A stretch of DNA of 64,000 nucleotides from Torpedo marmorata (lineage: Eukaryota): the NCBI GenBank assembly GCA_977017645.1, contig OZ360235.1:19034001-19098000 (forward strand), written 5' to 3'. This document shows, one piece after another, positions 36,243 to 50,670 of this stretch. Under the pieces are notes generated by a model, which saw only the letters and a list, made by a program, of their open reading frames with translations, had not been told where the DNA came from and made no database searches. The translations under genes were made by a program, and so were the position numbers. The number at the start of each line of letters is the position of its first letter. Positions within the stretch are counted from its first letter, which is position 1.

Positions 36243-36832
36243 CTGGAGCCTCCCCGTTGATGCAATCACAAAGAAGGCTCGTCGGCGGCTATACTTTGTG
36301 AGGTGTCTGACGAGATTTGGTATGTCACCGAAGACTCTCGTAAACTTCTACAGGTGTACCGTGGAGAGCATTCTGGCTGGTTGCATCACTGCCTGGTATG
36401 GAGGCGCCGACTCTCAGGACAAGAGTAAACTCCAGAGGGTTGTTAACTCGGCCTGTGACATCACAGGCACCAAACTTCACTCCATCGAGGACATCTACAT
36501 GAGGCGGTGTCTTAAAAAAGCAGCGTCTATCCTCAAAGACCCCCACTACCCAGGCCATGCCCTCTTCACTCTGCTACAATCGGGAAAAAGGTACAGGAGC
36601 CTAAAGACGAGCACTCAACGGCACAAGGACAGCTTCTTCCCCGCTGCCATCAGATTCCTGAATAACCAATGAACCAAAGACACTGCCCTACTTTTCGTGC
36701 ACTATTATTTATAATTTTTTATAGTGATGTCGTAAGATGGTTATAATATGAATGTTAATTGCACTATGATGCTGCCGCAAAACACCGAATTTCATGACTT
36801 GTTCATGACAATAAATTCTGATTCTGATTCTG
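36243..36832 (+). mobile_element. Rex1/Babar LINE 3' fragment (family A)
   Basis: Very similar to 27782-28375. (TTCTGA)n tail. Confidence 0.9.
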
Positions 36833-36837
36833 AAAAA

Positions 36838-37900
36838 AATGACATCTGAAACAACCCTGAGATTCCTTCTTCCTGCGGGCGTGGCAGAATTACCCCTAAT
36901 TGGTTGTGCAAAAAATAAACTGTACACAGCGTAAACATGTAAACAAATAAAAGAACTGTAAACAGATAACGAATGTAAACAAACTGACTGTGCAATACAG
37001 GGAGAACAAAAGAAAATCAATAAAGTGCACAAGTAAGAGTCATTAAATGAGTCCCTGATTGAGTTTGTTGTGGAGGAGTCTGATGGTGGAGGGGTAGCAG
37101 CTGTTCCTGAACCTGGTGATGCGAGTCTTGTGGCACCTATACCTCTTTCCTGATGGCAGCAGCGAGAACAGAGCGTGTGCTGGGTGGTGAGGGTCTTTGA
37201 TGATTGCTGCTGCTCTCCGACGGCAGCATTCCCTGTAGATGTACTCAATAGTGGGGAGGGATTTGCCTGTGATGTCCTGGGCTGTGTCCATTACCTTTTG
37301 GAGGGCTTTACGCTAGGGGTATTGGTGTTCCTATACCAGATCGTGATGCAGCCGGTCAGCACACTTTCCACCACACATCTGTAGAAATTTGCCAGGGTTT
37401 CTGGTGTCATGCCAAACCTCCACAAACTCCTGAGGAAGTAGAGGCGCTGACGTGCTTTCTTCACGATGCCATTGGTTGTGTTGGGTCCAGGAAATATCCT
37501 CCGAGATAGTGATTCCCAAGAACCTAAATTTTCTCACCCTCTCCACCTCTGATCCCCCAATGATCACTGGATTGTATACCTCTGGCTTTCCTTTCCTGAA
37601 GTCAACAATCAGCTCCTTAGTTTTGGTGACATTGAGTGCAAGGTTGTTGTTGGTGCACCATTCAGCCAAGTTTTCAATCTCCATCCTGTATGCTGACTCA
37701 TCCCCTTTCTTTATACAACCCATTACTGTGGTATTGTCGGCAAATTTGTAGATGGTGTTATTGTCGCCCCGAGCTACACAGTCATAGGTGTAAAGTGAGT
37801 AGAGCAGGGGGCTAAGAACACAGCCCTGTGGTGCTCCGGTGCTGATGGAGATTGTGGAGGAGAAGTTCTTACCAATCTTCACCGATTGTGGTCTGGAGGT
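36838..37900 (-). mobile_element. Rex1/Babar LINE fragment (family B), tail-to-tail with a family A copy
   Basis: [22 protein letters not shown] and KDPHHPAH motifs. Confidence 0.9.
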
Positions 37901-39324
37901 CATCAATCATCAGCACTTCTGACAATACAATGGAAGGAAAGATATGAAACAGATGAAGATGTTTAGGCTTAGTTCACCTCTCAGAGGAGGTCCTGCAGTG
38001 AGTTCCTGGGCTGAGGATGAATGTTTTCCAACAACCACCCAAATACCTTTGCAAGAGGTATTATTGCAACTACTGGAGTTTTCCTTTTGATGTCCATTGA
38101 TTTGAACTTTATCAGGGCTCCTTGATGGTCAAGTGTTACTTTACTTGTTTGCTGCTCATGGTCCGTAATGCCTTTTGGAGGCTCAGTTTTAAGCTGCATT
38201 TATCCCACTTGGTACAATAGTCATTCCATACAACACAATTGAGTGTCCTCAATTTGAAGATGGAACTTTGTCTCCACAAGGATCATGCAGCAGTTGTTTC
38301 TGACAATGGCAAATGCATCCCAGATCCTCATATTTCCTTGTAACATAGAAGGAGGTCATTTGGCCCATCAATATGCTATTTCTTACATTAATTCCATTTC
38401 TCCACTTTGTTACCTCTAACCTATTCTCCCTCAGATGTGGGTCTTTGATGAATGTGGATTAAAAAAAGAGAATGATTATTCTTTTACTGGCAGATTCATC
38501 AAGGCAAGTAGAATGTCCACCTTGGAGCAGAGTTAAGAGCTAGTGTTGGCTGACATTTAAACTTTGTAATATTTTTGTCATTTTATCTTCATCAATTCCT
38601 AACCATCATTTCCTGTACAAAGCACACCATTTAGTGAAGGAAGCATCTAAAGTTGGAGATAACTACAGCAAGGACAGATCTCTCCTGTAACTGAAATTAG
38701 TGACTTCTTGGAATGGAAAAGCAGAAGAGATTAAGTTTGAGTGTGACAAAGGGCAAAGTTAGAGGTTTCCAGTTACAGAATGAATCTTCCACCAATTCTG
38801 ATGCAGTGCTACCAATTAATGCTAGGCTTGAATATATGATTACTAATGACAAGATTTCCAATCAATATTTCAGTTTGAGAGAAACTTCCAAAAGCAACAT
38901 AAGCATAATTCGATGGGCCAGTGGGCCTACTTCTGCTCCTATACCTTGTGATCACTTTTGAAATGCCAAAGTTATATTTCATGGATTGACTCATAAACCT
39001 TTCTTTGAAAAGAGCACGAGATTGTGGGAAGTGAGATCATATGTAATTTGCAAGTGGAATAAATATGATAGAAATGCATTTGAGCCTTTCACAATTTTAG
39101 ACAGGGTGTACATTCCAGTAGCCAGTACATTGGAACAAACATGAAGAGCATTGCTTTGGACATCCTGAGAACAATGTGGCCTGTTGCCCACTCAAGATCA
39201 CCAATTCTTGTCTCGAACCAAACCTCAATCTACTCTTCTCTCTATTGCTGGAAAAATATCGCTTGAATTTTAGGAAGCTCTCAAAATAAACTTCCCCTTT
39301 TCCTGATTTGGTTGATCTGCAGCC

Positions 39325-39870
39325 TGATGAGAGTTTTGATGAGAGTTTATTGTCATATACACAAGTATAATGTACAGATGTACTGAATTCTTGCTTGCTG
39401 CAACTATGCAGGTACATAAAATATACTAACGAACAATAAGTATAAATTAAATTACCAAACAAGAGAAAAAGATAGTAAATATAAAAGGATAGATAAATAT
39501 TCACAGTTGTAGTTAGGACAAAAAATGTGATGTTACAATAGTGCAGATAGATCTATGGTGGTGCTGAGTAGCATTATGGTTAGTATACTACAGGGAGGTT
39601 CAAGAGCCCAATAAGTGTTGGAAATAAAAAACTGTTCTTGAATTTAGAGATGTCAGACCATGCTTCGATACCTTCTACATGAAAATATAAATGGGAGGGA
39701 ACATGACCAGGATGATAGGGATCCTTAATGATGTTGGTTGTCTTCTTGAGGCTGTGCCTCGCATATACCTGTATGTCTTCAATGGATGGGAGGTCAGTGC
39801 CACTTTCTGTAGCCTTCTGCATTCCTGGGCACTTGAGTTTCCAAACTAGGCTGTAATACAACTAGTCAGT
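39325..39870 (-). mobile_element. Old Rex1/Babar LINE 3' fragment
   Basis: LPSIEDI..IIKDPYHPGH translation. GACAATAAA(CTCTCATCAAAA)n tail. Confidence 0.7.
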
Positions 39871-41444
39871 ACACCCATAGGTCTTTCTGAGTACCTTTCA
39901 CAGCGTAGCTACATTAGGCACCCGACAATTTGCAGCACATATGTTAATGAGTTTCTGTCATAAAAAAATTATCATCCTTGCAATAACACAATTGGCTGGC
40001 TCAAGGAAACAACATTTGTTAGAATTGTTCATCAGCATTACATAAGGGGAAGATGCATATTAAAGCTCCCAATAAAACCCCTTTAAAACATGCAATAAAT
40101 CTTCAAAGTATTCCTTTAAATAACTTTAAACCCAAAGGGTACAATTTTCGACACTAGACATTCAGTTCACATGCATGAAATTCAAGAAAAATTAATTTCC
40201 AACATCAAGGAGAGGAAAAAGTATGATTGTATAAATTATGTTATTCACACTCTCCAACCCCATAAATAGTAATTTGACAGGAAAGAGACTCTCTCTTCCT
40301 TCTAGTCTTCAGGAAGTTTTTATGCCTGACATTAAATAACCAAAATTGCATATCAATTGCATTACAGACAGAGGTGGTAACCTTGAAATTCATCACCATA
40401 TAAATGGTGCTAAATGCAATGTACAATTGCTCGGTGTATTATACTCTGCCTCTGAAATTCATTCCATCAAAGTCAACAGAATGAATTTTGAAGTCAGAAT
40501 ATAATAGACTGACTATGTGAGCTTAGATTTATTGAGCTGGGATGAATTTTGAGGCAATTGGTTTTGATCAATCCCAAACTTTTGTTTATTCCATTTGATT
40601 TTCTTCCCATTTATGAGCATAATTAGCGAAAGTGTTCAGGTGTAGCTTCCAGATGCAACGTTAATTGCATTGATGAAAATTTATCCGATCCAAGTCACAG
40701 GAAAACACGTGTCTTCAACTATTTATGGAGATGTATTGACAGTATTCATTGAGAAAGTAATGGATGGGGCCAATTGCCCAAAGGAAAAGTTGGAATGAAC
40801 TGTGACATAAGTAGTGTTAATGAGCAACAAACAAACAAATATAAAGTAAGTATTGCGTCAATTGAATTGGTCAGTAATCTGTCTCTGGATCAGATGAAAC
40901 ACCAGTTGTTTTGATGTTGTTTTAGGATTCAGGAGGACTAAGTGCTTCAGTGGTTTAGGGATGGGCTTCTTGTCTCTGAGACCTGGATTCAGGTGCAGCC
41001 TGTCCTGTTGACAGCAGAATCCTATGTGAAATGAATTATGCAAATATCAAGCCACTTCCTTGCAAGTATCTGCCAGTAGCACAAAACTGCAATAAACCAG
41101 ACATCAAAGGAGAGAGATTAAATCAGTTTCTGACTTGAAGAGCAAAGATTTGTTCCATTTCAACCGTTGCTGGGTCAGTCATTGCTCAAGACAAACAACA
41201 GGTGAAAAACAAACAAAAATGCTGATGTTATAACTTGAAGCAAAAACAGAAATGCTGAAAGAATTCAACCTGTCAAGAGCATCTGTAGGAAAGGAAACCA
41301 GTTAATGTGTTAATATTTCAGGTCAAAAACCTGTGGTCAGAACTGAGAAAGAATGAAAGAAAATTGGTCTAAGTAGCAGAGAAGGTGGGAAAGGTAATGG
41401 GTAGAAGAAAGGGAATGTCCGTAATGAGTAAAAATTATATAGCC

Positions 41445-41852
41445 GTTGATGCATTAACATCGACTTCTCCGGTTTCCGTTAAACCCCCCCCCATATTCTT
41501 CTTCCCCCTGTCGCCTTTCCCCCAGCTCTGTCTCTCTCTCTCTTTTCCCTTTTCCCTGTCTCCTTTCACAGAGCCAAAATCAATTTTTACCTTTCCTCTT
41601 ATCATATCCAAACAACACCTTTTGCTCTGGACTCCTCCCCGTCCCATTCTTACCCCTTTCTCTCTCCAGTCTCCAATCTTTATTCAGACGCCTTCCTGTT
41701 TTTTGCTTATACCTTGAAGAAGGGCTCAGGCCCAAAACCTCGGTTATATATCTTTACCTCCTATAGACGCTGCGAGATTGGCTGAGTTCCTCCAGCATTT
41801 CTCTGTGTGTTTTACTACAATCACAGCATCTGCAGACTTTCGTGTTTCACTA
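41445..41852 (+). mobile_element. Penelope-like 3' fragment/terminal repeat
   Basis: GCATTAACATCGACTTCTC ORF end, a CT-rich tract and a hammerhead-like motif at 41709-41747. Confidence 0.75.
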
Positions 41853-42034
41853 TGGCCGTTGAATGAACAGTTACGTTCTTAGTCAGTGTTGCTCGTGTTG
41901 CAAAGGATGGGTGATTGTTTTCAATTAGACTACTGTGTCATGCTGAGGGGGCAGATACACAAATAAAAGAAAATAAAAAGGAAGGACAGAAATGGCACGC
42001 ACAAACAAAAAGTCCTGATACAAAGAGAAAGGAA

Positions 42035-42376
42035 GGTAGGTAAGTTGTTTCCATTGGTAGGGGAGACCAGAACTTAGGAAGATAGCCTCAAGATTCACGG
42101 TAGTAGATTTAGGGATGGAGATGAGGTGGAACTGCTCTTCCAAGAGGGTGGTGAATCTGTGGAATTTGCTGCCCGTTGAAGCAGTGGAGGCAACCTCAGT
42201 AAATATATTTAGACAAGGTTGGATATATTTTTACATAGTAGGGGAATTAAAGGATATGGGGAAAAGGCAGGTAGGTGGAGATGAACCTATCATCAGATCA
42301 GTCATGATCTCATTGAATGGCAGAGCAGGCTTGACGGGCCGGATGGCCGACTCCTACTCCTATTTCTTATGTTCTT
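42035..42376 (+). mobile_element. CR1 LINE 3' fragment
   Basis: RVVNLWNLLP motif. TTCTTATGTTCTTA tail. Confidence 0.85.
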
Positions 42377-43473
42377 AAGAGTTATTTGAAGTTGGAGAAT
42401 TCATTGCAAGCAATGAACTTCTGGAGGAACTCAGCAGGTCAGGCCGCATCCATGGGTAGAAATGGTCAGACAAGCTCACTCAGGATTCTGCAGCTTTTGT
42501 GTTTAACTGGAGAATTCAATTTTGAGTCCTGCAGACTGCAATACAACCGGATGAACAGTGAAGTATTGTAGAGTACACTTGCCCATGATTATATGCTGAT
42601 CTTTTCCCTGCCACACCAATCATGCCTGCAATCAACAGACTCGACTTGCCCACGTACTACTAAAAGTAAACAATTTCCAGCCCATGAAGTGGAACAGACA
42701 TTAGAGTTGTCTCAGCATCCATTCAAATGTCATATTAACAAGAACCAGCTCCACAACAAAAGCATATGTGGTACAATTATTATGAACAGTTTTATTCACT
42801 GGGAGGCTTTCTAAAGAATTTTGTTGTAAGTTAATACTTAAATAATGTATGAACTGAACTGCCCTTGATGCACTTGCAAAAATACAACTACGACAAAGTG
42901 GGAAATTGCAATATTTATAATCATCAATCTCTTCTGGCCCAAGAGCAAGATATTGCAAATGCTAGCAAAATGAAGTAAATTTATTAAAGGCAAGGAATGC
43001 TCAACATATCAATGAGCATCTGTGCAGAGATTTCTAAGACCTTTCATCAAAAATGGTACAAGTTTTAAGATTATAAAGAACGTTGAGATATCGTTCAGTG
43101 ATATACATGGAGTGTGGGTGTGGTGCAGGATGGGGATAGTGGGGAAAATCTCATGCTGATCATTGAGGGAAGGGTTGCGCTGAGGGAGAGGAGATGCAAT
43201 TGGAGGCAGAGGGCTCCATGTGCAAAGGAAAATCAGGAAGATGTGGAACAGGATAGAAAAAGGGGAAGCAGGAGAGATGCGGTGGGGCAAGGAAGTAGGC
43301 AATGATGCGGGGGCCTGGGTATGTGTGTGAACTTGTGGAGAGGTGCTTATGCACATGCTCACCGATGTGTATGTGTTAATGTCATACCACAGACTGTGCT
43401 CTGTTGTCACCTTGAACAACGTTTCACTGGACCAGGTCCCTGCATTGCCACGACTATGAGACAGTGACTAAAC

Positions 43474-43633
43474 CAATAGTTCTCAACCTTTTTCTTTCCA
43501 CTCACATACCACATTAAGGAATCCCTTACTCACCACAGAGCACCTATGGCATTCTATGCCACAGGTGCTCTGTCGTTAGTAAGGGATTTCTTAAGGTGGT
43601 ATGTGAGTGGAAAAAAAAGGTTGAGAACCACTG
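43474..43633. mobile_element. Palindromic hAT MITE
   Basis: Same family as 32779-32910. TSD GACTAAAC/GCCTAAAC. Confidence 0.85.
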
Positions 43634-44804
43634 GCCTAAACCATATGATAAGAAATTACATACCACTGCACAATACAAATCTTGATACCTGGAATGTTAG
43701 GATCCTCATGGTCAATTCCTTAGGCAAAAAACCTAAACAGCCTGGGAACTCAAATAATTTGATAATGCCACCTGAGCAAGAAATGATAGACAAGAGGTAG
43801 CCAGCTCAAAGAACAAAGCAGTGAGAATAATTCCTTCCAGAAGGATAAAATGGAAAAGGATTTAGCTTTGATTGTCAGGAATGTGCTACCTTGTATCTCA
43901 GCGACTTCCTCTTGACCCCTCAGTCCACTCTAATACAGAACCAAAATGATATGGTTATCTGTACAAAGTTCGAAGGAGAACTTGGAAGCACTGTAAACTA
44001 TTTTGAGTGCCTGTGATGATGTAACATTGGAGAGAAGCTATCATACCAGAATGCCATCCATTCTAATAGATCACAATATGAGCATCCACACGTGGATACA
44101 GAGATTGGATTACAATATATGTATACACACAAAGATAGAGCTATTTTTATACTTAAAGATACATGTGCATAGTGAACAAGATGGAGTAGTTAGGGGAGGA
44201 TTTGTCCTCGACTTTACATCTACAATCCTATGCAGCATTCTGAAGACTATTGCTCAAAGCAGCTGACAAAACTGTGTCAAATGGATTTAAAGTGAAACAC
44301 GAAAGTCTGCAGACATTGTGATTGTAGTAAAAACACAGAAATGCTGGAGGAACTCAGTGGATTTAAAAACAAGCAAATCTCATCAACAAACATAGATAAA
44401 TCAAAGTTTCGAGAACTTTCCAAATGGTGGGAAGTTATAAATAATGGACATCCAAGGAGCACATCTAGACTTCTTCAAGTTCTTCCAGACACCACATCTT
44501 AGGAAAGATATATTGCCCTCAATGATTTACCAGAAATTATACCTTGGAATCCAGGCGTTAAACATGGATCATTTAAGCAAATAAAGGTTGTAGTGCCTGT
44601 GGGTGCTATGACTGAAATTCTCAAGGGAAGTTGGTTTTTTTTTTGACAATTGAGGTGCCTGAAGCATTATGAAAAATTAGAGCTCGGCCCTTCTGGAAAG
44701 AATTTGGGAAACACTTCCAATGGAAAGAGTGGTGGAGATTTCACTGCACCAAGCAATATCATAGAAAAAAATCTACAACAATAAATTATGTTCAGAGCCC
44801 CACT

Positions 44805-45074
44805 TAATTTATTTTATTTTTTTAAAATTTAGACACACAGCATGGTAACAGGCCATTTCAGCCCACGGGTCCATGCCGCCCAATTTACACCCCATTAACC
44901 TACACACCCGGTATGTTTTGAACGATGGGAGGAAATCAGAGCCCCCAGAGAAAACCCATGCAGACACGGGAAGATGTACAAACTCCTTACAGTGCGGGAT
45001 TCCAACCCCGGTCTGGTCCCGATCGCGGGCGCTGTAAAGGCGTTGTGCTAACTGCTACGCCAACCGTGCCTCCC
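44805..45074 (-). mobile_element. tRNA-derived V-SINE (HE1-like)
   Basis: Reverse-complement homology to 21704 and 62447 copies. Confidence 0.82.
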
Positions 45075-45691
45075 TAGAAAACAGAAGTTACAAGAATCAT
45101 TATGGCATGGCATTCAATTAAGGTGAGGAGTGTTAGTTCTTGATCATCATTTCTATTTCCAGATAATAACCCAAGCAGGGCAATTCATTTTCACCAGATC
45201 TTCACCATTGACCCAAAATCCTGTCTTTAAAGTTCAGCATCAAATTTAAACAAATATAATTGACCTTCTTTGGCCATGGCTGCCTGGTAGGCCACATCCA
45301 CATGATACACTCCACTTTCAGCCTTGTGGCATAGGTCTCCAATTAGTGCATAAGTGGGCTTAGTCTTAGTCACAGACGACCACTGCAGGTGCTTGAAATT
45401 CGTCCAAGTCCTGTGGGGTATTTTTCAGGCATCATAATGCTGCAAAAACTATTCCTGTGCAACATACTTTTTTAGTCCCTCTTTATTACAGCATTATTTT
45501 AAATATAATGAATCTTAAAGATATATAGGAATCAATATGTAGGGACAGATCTTGAGCAGAGGACAACAAAGGGGGTGTCTCCAAGCCTCAAACCACCCCC
45601 TGACGCTCAAATCCTCTTCCCAGGCTAACAAACTGTTAAAGATGTCAGTAATCAAAGCCATTGGATGTTTGTGAATGTCTTAAACAGTCAC

Positions 45692-47740
45692 AAGTTCAAG
45701 TTCAAGTTTATTATCATCCGATTGTACAAGTACAGCCTGATGAGACAGTTTCTCCGGTCCTCAGTGCAAAAATATGCAAACACACATCCACACATAACAC
45801 ACATACAGACAAACGACATATATGCAGTATGTATATACATATGAAAAATAAATAAATATTGTTTCATAAATAGTAGAGTCTCAGAGGGTTTGTATGAGCA
45901 GTTCATTCAGACATTCAGCAGTCTCACTGCCCGTGGCAAGAAGCTGTTTCTTAGTCTGGTGATACTCCTGGATATCTTTCCCGACTGGAGTAGCTGAAAA
46001 ATGCTGTGTGCGGGGTGGGCCTCAACGATTTTGCGTGCCCTCTTCAAACAACAATCCCGGAAGTTCACGTTGATGGGGGGAGGGGCACCCCAGTGATGCT
46101 TTCTGCCACTTTTATGGTCCTGTGGATTGACCTCCAATCCAATGCTTTACAGCAACTGTACCACACTGTGTTGTAGCCGGCCAGGACACTCTCTAAGGAG
46201 CTCCTGTAGAAAGTTGACAGGAGGGTGGCTGGTAGCCTTGCCCACCTCAATCTTCTCAGGAAGTGCAGTTGCTGTAGCACCTTCCTGACAAGTGAGGAGA
46301 TGTTTTGTGTCCAGGATAGGTCACTTCTTAAGTGGACCCCAAGGAACTTTGTGCTCTCTACTCTCTCCTCTACCGAGTTCTTAATGTGTAGTGGAGGGTG
46401 GTCGTTCCTGGTCCTCCTGAAGTCCACGATCATCTCCTTTGCCTTGTCCATGTTGAGACTCAGATTAAAGGTTAAAGGTTCCATTATTGTCACGTAATAC
46501 TACATTTAGAATGTAACATACATGAAATTCTTTAATTTTTGTCTACCATAAGGCAGACAGATGGTCGCTACTTTGTTCAGCGCCCCCCACAGAAACCTAC
46601 AGCACCTGGTGTTCCTAGGCGGTCTCCCCTGCAACTACTGACCAGTCCTGTGCCTGCTTAGCTTCCGAGATCAGACAATCCCAGTCGTATTCATATCACG
46701 CACCATATCACGAGATTTTCCACCTCTTCTCTGTAGTGCGACTCATTGTTGCTGATGAGGCCAACTACTGTTGTGCCATCTGAAAACTTGATGACACTGT
46801 TGGAGCTGGATCTGGCGATGCAGTCGTGGGTCAGTAGCGTGAATAGGAGCGGGCTGAGCACACAGCCAGTGCTCAGCTTGATGGTGCTCGACGTTCTGCT
46901 ACCGACTCGGACAGACTGTGGTCTTTCTGTTAGAAAGTACAGAATCCAGTTAGAGAGAGGGGTGTTGAGTCCCAGAGAGAACAGCTTCTCCACCAGTCTC
47001 TGGGGAATGATCGCATTAAATGCCAAGCTGAAGTCTATGAACAGCAGCCTGGTGAATGAGTCATCGTTCTCCAGGTGAGTCAGGATGGAGTGGAGGGACA
47101 AGGCAATAGCATCATCAGTAGAACGGTTTCTTCTATAGGTGAATGGAAATGGGTCCAATGTCTCTGGGAGGTGCGCTTTGATGTGATCCATCACCAGACG
47201 CTCGAAGCAGTTCATAAAGGTGAAGGTCAGTGCCACGGGGCGGTAGTCATTGAGGCCTGTTACAGTCACTCTCTTTGGTACCGGAATGATGGTAGCTGTC
47301 TTGAAACCCACGGAGACGATGGAGTAACGTGTTGAAGATGTCCTTAAGAACCTCCGTCAGTTGGTCTGTGCAGTCCTTCAATGCCCGACCAAGTATGTTG
47401 TCTGGTCCCACTACCTTGTGTGGGTTTACCTTAGATAGGGATCTCCTCACCTCAGCTATGCAGGGGGCCCATTCATCAGGGGGACATGAAGCATTCTTCG
47501 GAGTCAACCTGTTCTTCTCATCAAACCGTGCAAAGAAGATGATCAATCTGTCAGGAAGGGAGGTGTCGTTGTCTTTGACTCGCAAGGTTGTCTTGTGGTC
47601 ACTGCTGTCGCACAGCTGTCTATGGATCTATGGTTTGCACAGGAGAGTTCAGCCCTGGCTGATCTTAGTGCCATCTTGTCTCCTGTCCTGAAGGCAGCAT
47701 CACGAGCTCTAAGAAGTGCCTGGATCTCTGCATCCAACCA
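45692..47740 (-). mobile_element. Rex1/Babar LINE (third family, decayed), interrupted by a 5S SINE
   Basis: [17 protein letters not shown] and KEMIVDFRR motifs. Tail GATAATAAA(CTTGAA)n. Confidence 0.88.
46465..46692 (-). mobile_element. 5S rRNA-derived SINE (SINE3 type), copy 2
   Basis: 5S-like segment at 46593-46676. Same 5' end as copy 1. (AACCTTT)n tail. Confidence 0.85.
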
Positions 47741-49659
47741 AGTTTTCAATAACACTCAGAACCAGTTAAAAAATAAAAATACCAGAAAAAAATAACATTA
47801 TTAAATTTTGTTTACATCAAAATAACTAAAAATGCATTCGTGTAGTCTTAAGGACTTACACCCAAGAAGCAAGCCATTCAGCCCACTACATTCATGCCAA
47901 CCCATTTGTCCGCTTGAGGTCTTTATCTGTTTATGCCTTTCCAATTTAAGTGTGTTTCTAAAAGTCACTAAAAATTGATTAAAATATTTGTCCCTGTTTA
48001 AAAAATAAATAATAAAATCACCATTATTTACCTTTCTCCCATCAGTTAATGCCTCTCATCTATTTGAGTGGGCTTGGTTTAACCAAACAAAGGTTCAGCA
48101 GGCAGGTTTACCAGCCTGCGGTTCTGTGGAAGATCACGTTACTCCATGAGGGGTCGACTGCAGAGGACAGAGCAGTCACAGCCACTATAAAATACCACTA
48201 TCATCTCATACGCACACGATACTGGAAACCAGGATGTCCACAGAGAAACCCAGGTTTTATCAGCTTTTATTAGCACTGGCACTTTGCAGGTCTAACCCAT
48301 TGAGGGCAAGCAACTTTTTGAAAAGGTGAAAAACCAGTTGTAATCAAAGTGTAAGAAGTCACTAGCATCGGTGACTAAATTTAGCTATGTACAAATTGCA
48401 AAACAAAATAAGTAAAAACAAGCTTCTTAAAATGAGCTGACTATCTTTCCATTAAACTCGAGTTCAACAAGCTGACCACAAACAAATAATAAGCTGCTGT
48501 GTGGAACTGCTGATTGATTTAAACTGTGACAGAAAAAGATAAGACTCCCTGTTGAATTGAAAATTCCTGTCATGACACAACCTGAAGCTCTCACTGGTAT
48601 ATCATGCAGTATATTGGGAATTTTCTCATATGGGAGCTTTCAGTGAGAATATTGCTCACTTACTGAATTTAATAAAACAAACAGAACTAAGAACAAAGAG
48701 CAATGTTTCAAAATGAAAGGCGTGCGAAAAAAAAGCATTCGAATAAATTTAGTAAATCAAAAAAAACGACATAAAGCTGGAAATCACAAACAGAAAATGC
48801 TGGAAACATTCAGCAGGTCAGAAGGATCTGTGGAAGGAGAAACAGCTACCATGATGTGTGCCATGGATAGAGAGAAATATTTTTTTCAAACATTATATAC
48901 ATCTGTAAACAAACTCATTGCCACGAGATATGATGATCTACCCAGCAGAAATGGATATATTTTTAAATTTGTATTTGAAATTCATCTGATATCTCCAACT
49001 TGCTTTATAATGGGTTTATTTTTATAATAAAATATCACTAACCTGTCAAAATTTTGTCTCCAAAACTGCATTTATGATTTATCTTCATTTGCTTTTAAAG
49101 ATTATTTGATTTTCTCCTAATGGAATGAAGATTTGATGTGGATTGTGGCCATCAAGTTGTCATGAAGTGCTAACTTAGCATGTTAATGATAAAGAGATAG
49201 AGTTATTTCTTTCCCTACTCCAGTCAGAGACTCGGATCAGAAAAGTTTAAATTCACAATCTAGAGTGATTCAATCAGTTTTCACACAACTGTTTGCCTGC
49301 TGGGCTTGAAAATACCCAAGCAAAGTTATCAGTCACCAGAGAACAATACTTGGTTCCAAAAATATTGAGAGAGTTCACGAGACCAGGAACATATTAAATC
49401 AAAGTCTTCAGGGGGTTTGATCTGCCAGTTAAAGGATGCCATCCATTTCAGGAGTAGCTGTACTTCTGTTGTAAGTTTAATATTATTTTAAGTTCTCTTC
49501 CACTTCTCACATGCATTCTGTTTTTAATTTTGGTAGACCATGTCCAAGGAACAGAGGGAATGCTCATCGTTTGGTGTAACTCCACGCCTTATATTAAAAA
49601 TCATTCTGAAATGGTGTCTTCAAATTATCGCTTTCATCTCCCTGTGACTCTGGGCTGCT

Positions 49660-50670
49660 TATCCCTCCCCACCCACCCCTCTTTGACATTTTCCCCTACA
49701 GTCACAGGAGATGCCACATGTACCTACACCTCCTCCCTCTTCACCATCCAGGGATATAAACAGCCCATCCAGGTGAGGCAAAGATTCACATGCACCTCCT
49801 CCAACCTTGTCCACTGTATTTTGTGCTCCCCAATGTGACCTCCTCACAGGAGACCAAGTGCAGACAATGCTACTGGCATGCAGAGCACCTGGCTCTATCT
49901 ACAATGGCTACCCTATGCTCCTGGTTGTGAGCCATTCCAACTGCCATTCCCATACCAACATATTCGTCCACTGCCAGGGCGATGCCCAACTCAAACCAGA
50001 AGAACACTTCATATTCCACCTTTGCAGTCTGCAACCCAATAACCCTTAACTCCTGTTTTCTCCTATCTCTCTCCTTCCAGTCCACTCCAGGTTTTGTTCC
50101 CCTTCCCATACTCCACCTCTAGACCCCCCTCCCCCCAATCATCAATTTTCATGCCCATCCCTTCCTGGTTCCATCCACCTACTGTCAGCATACTTCGCCC
50201 ACCAGATCCTCTTCTCCATCTCGTTCCATGTGCTCTTTACCTCTCCCCTTTTAGTTGCCATTATCACCTTCCTTATTTCTCAGATTCCAACACTTACAGC
50301 CTTTGTATTCATGCTCATCAGCCTCCAGTAGATGTTGTCACATTCATCCTCCCCTCCGCACCCTCCCTCCCCCCCCCCCCCCACCAAAACCTGGCTCCAC
50401 CTGCCTTATTTTCCTTGTCTGCTTCCACCTATCATCCACCTGTCTCCCAACTCCATCCCTCCCCCTTCCCCACCCGGCTCCATCTGCCCATCAACCTTCA
50501 CCCCTCTTCAGTCCACCATTCACCTACTGGTGTCTACCTCACCCCTTCCCCTTTCCTCTTTATATGGTCTATCTTCCCTCTCCACTCTCTGTCCTGATCC
50601 AGGGTTACCACTCAAGATGTCAACAACTCCTTTTCCTCCTACAAATGCAGCTCGAACCTTCAGTCATTTG
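49660..50670 (+). mobile_element. Old Penelope-like fragment (GIY-YIG region plus CT-rich 3' region)
   Basis: QVRQRFTCTSSNLVHCILCS and EEHFIFHLCSLQP translations. Confidence 0.7.

Noticed and set aside
40930-41045. Faint ancient tRNA-SINE (LF-SINE-like) head followed by an ATGCAAAT octamer
   Set aside because: Similarity is too weak to call without an alignment.
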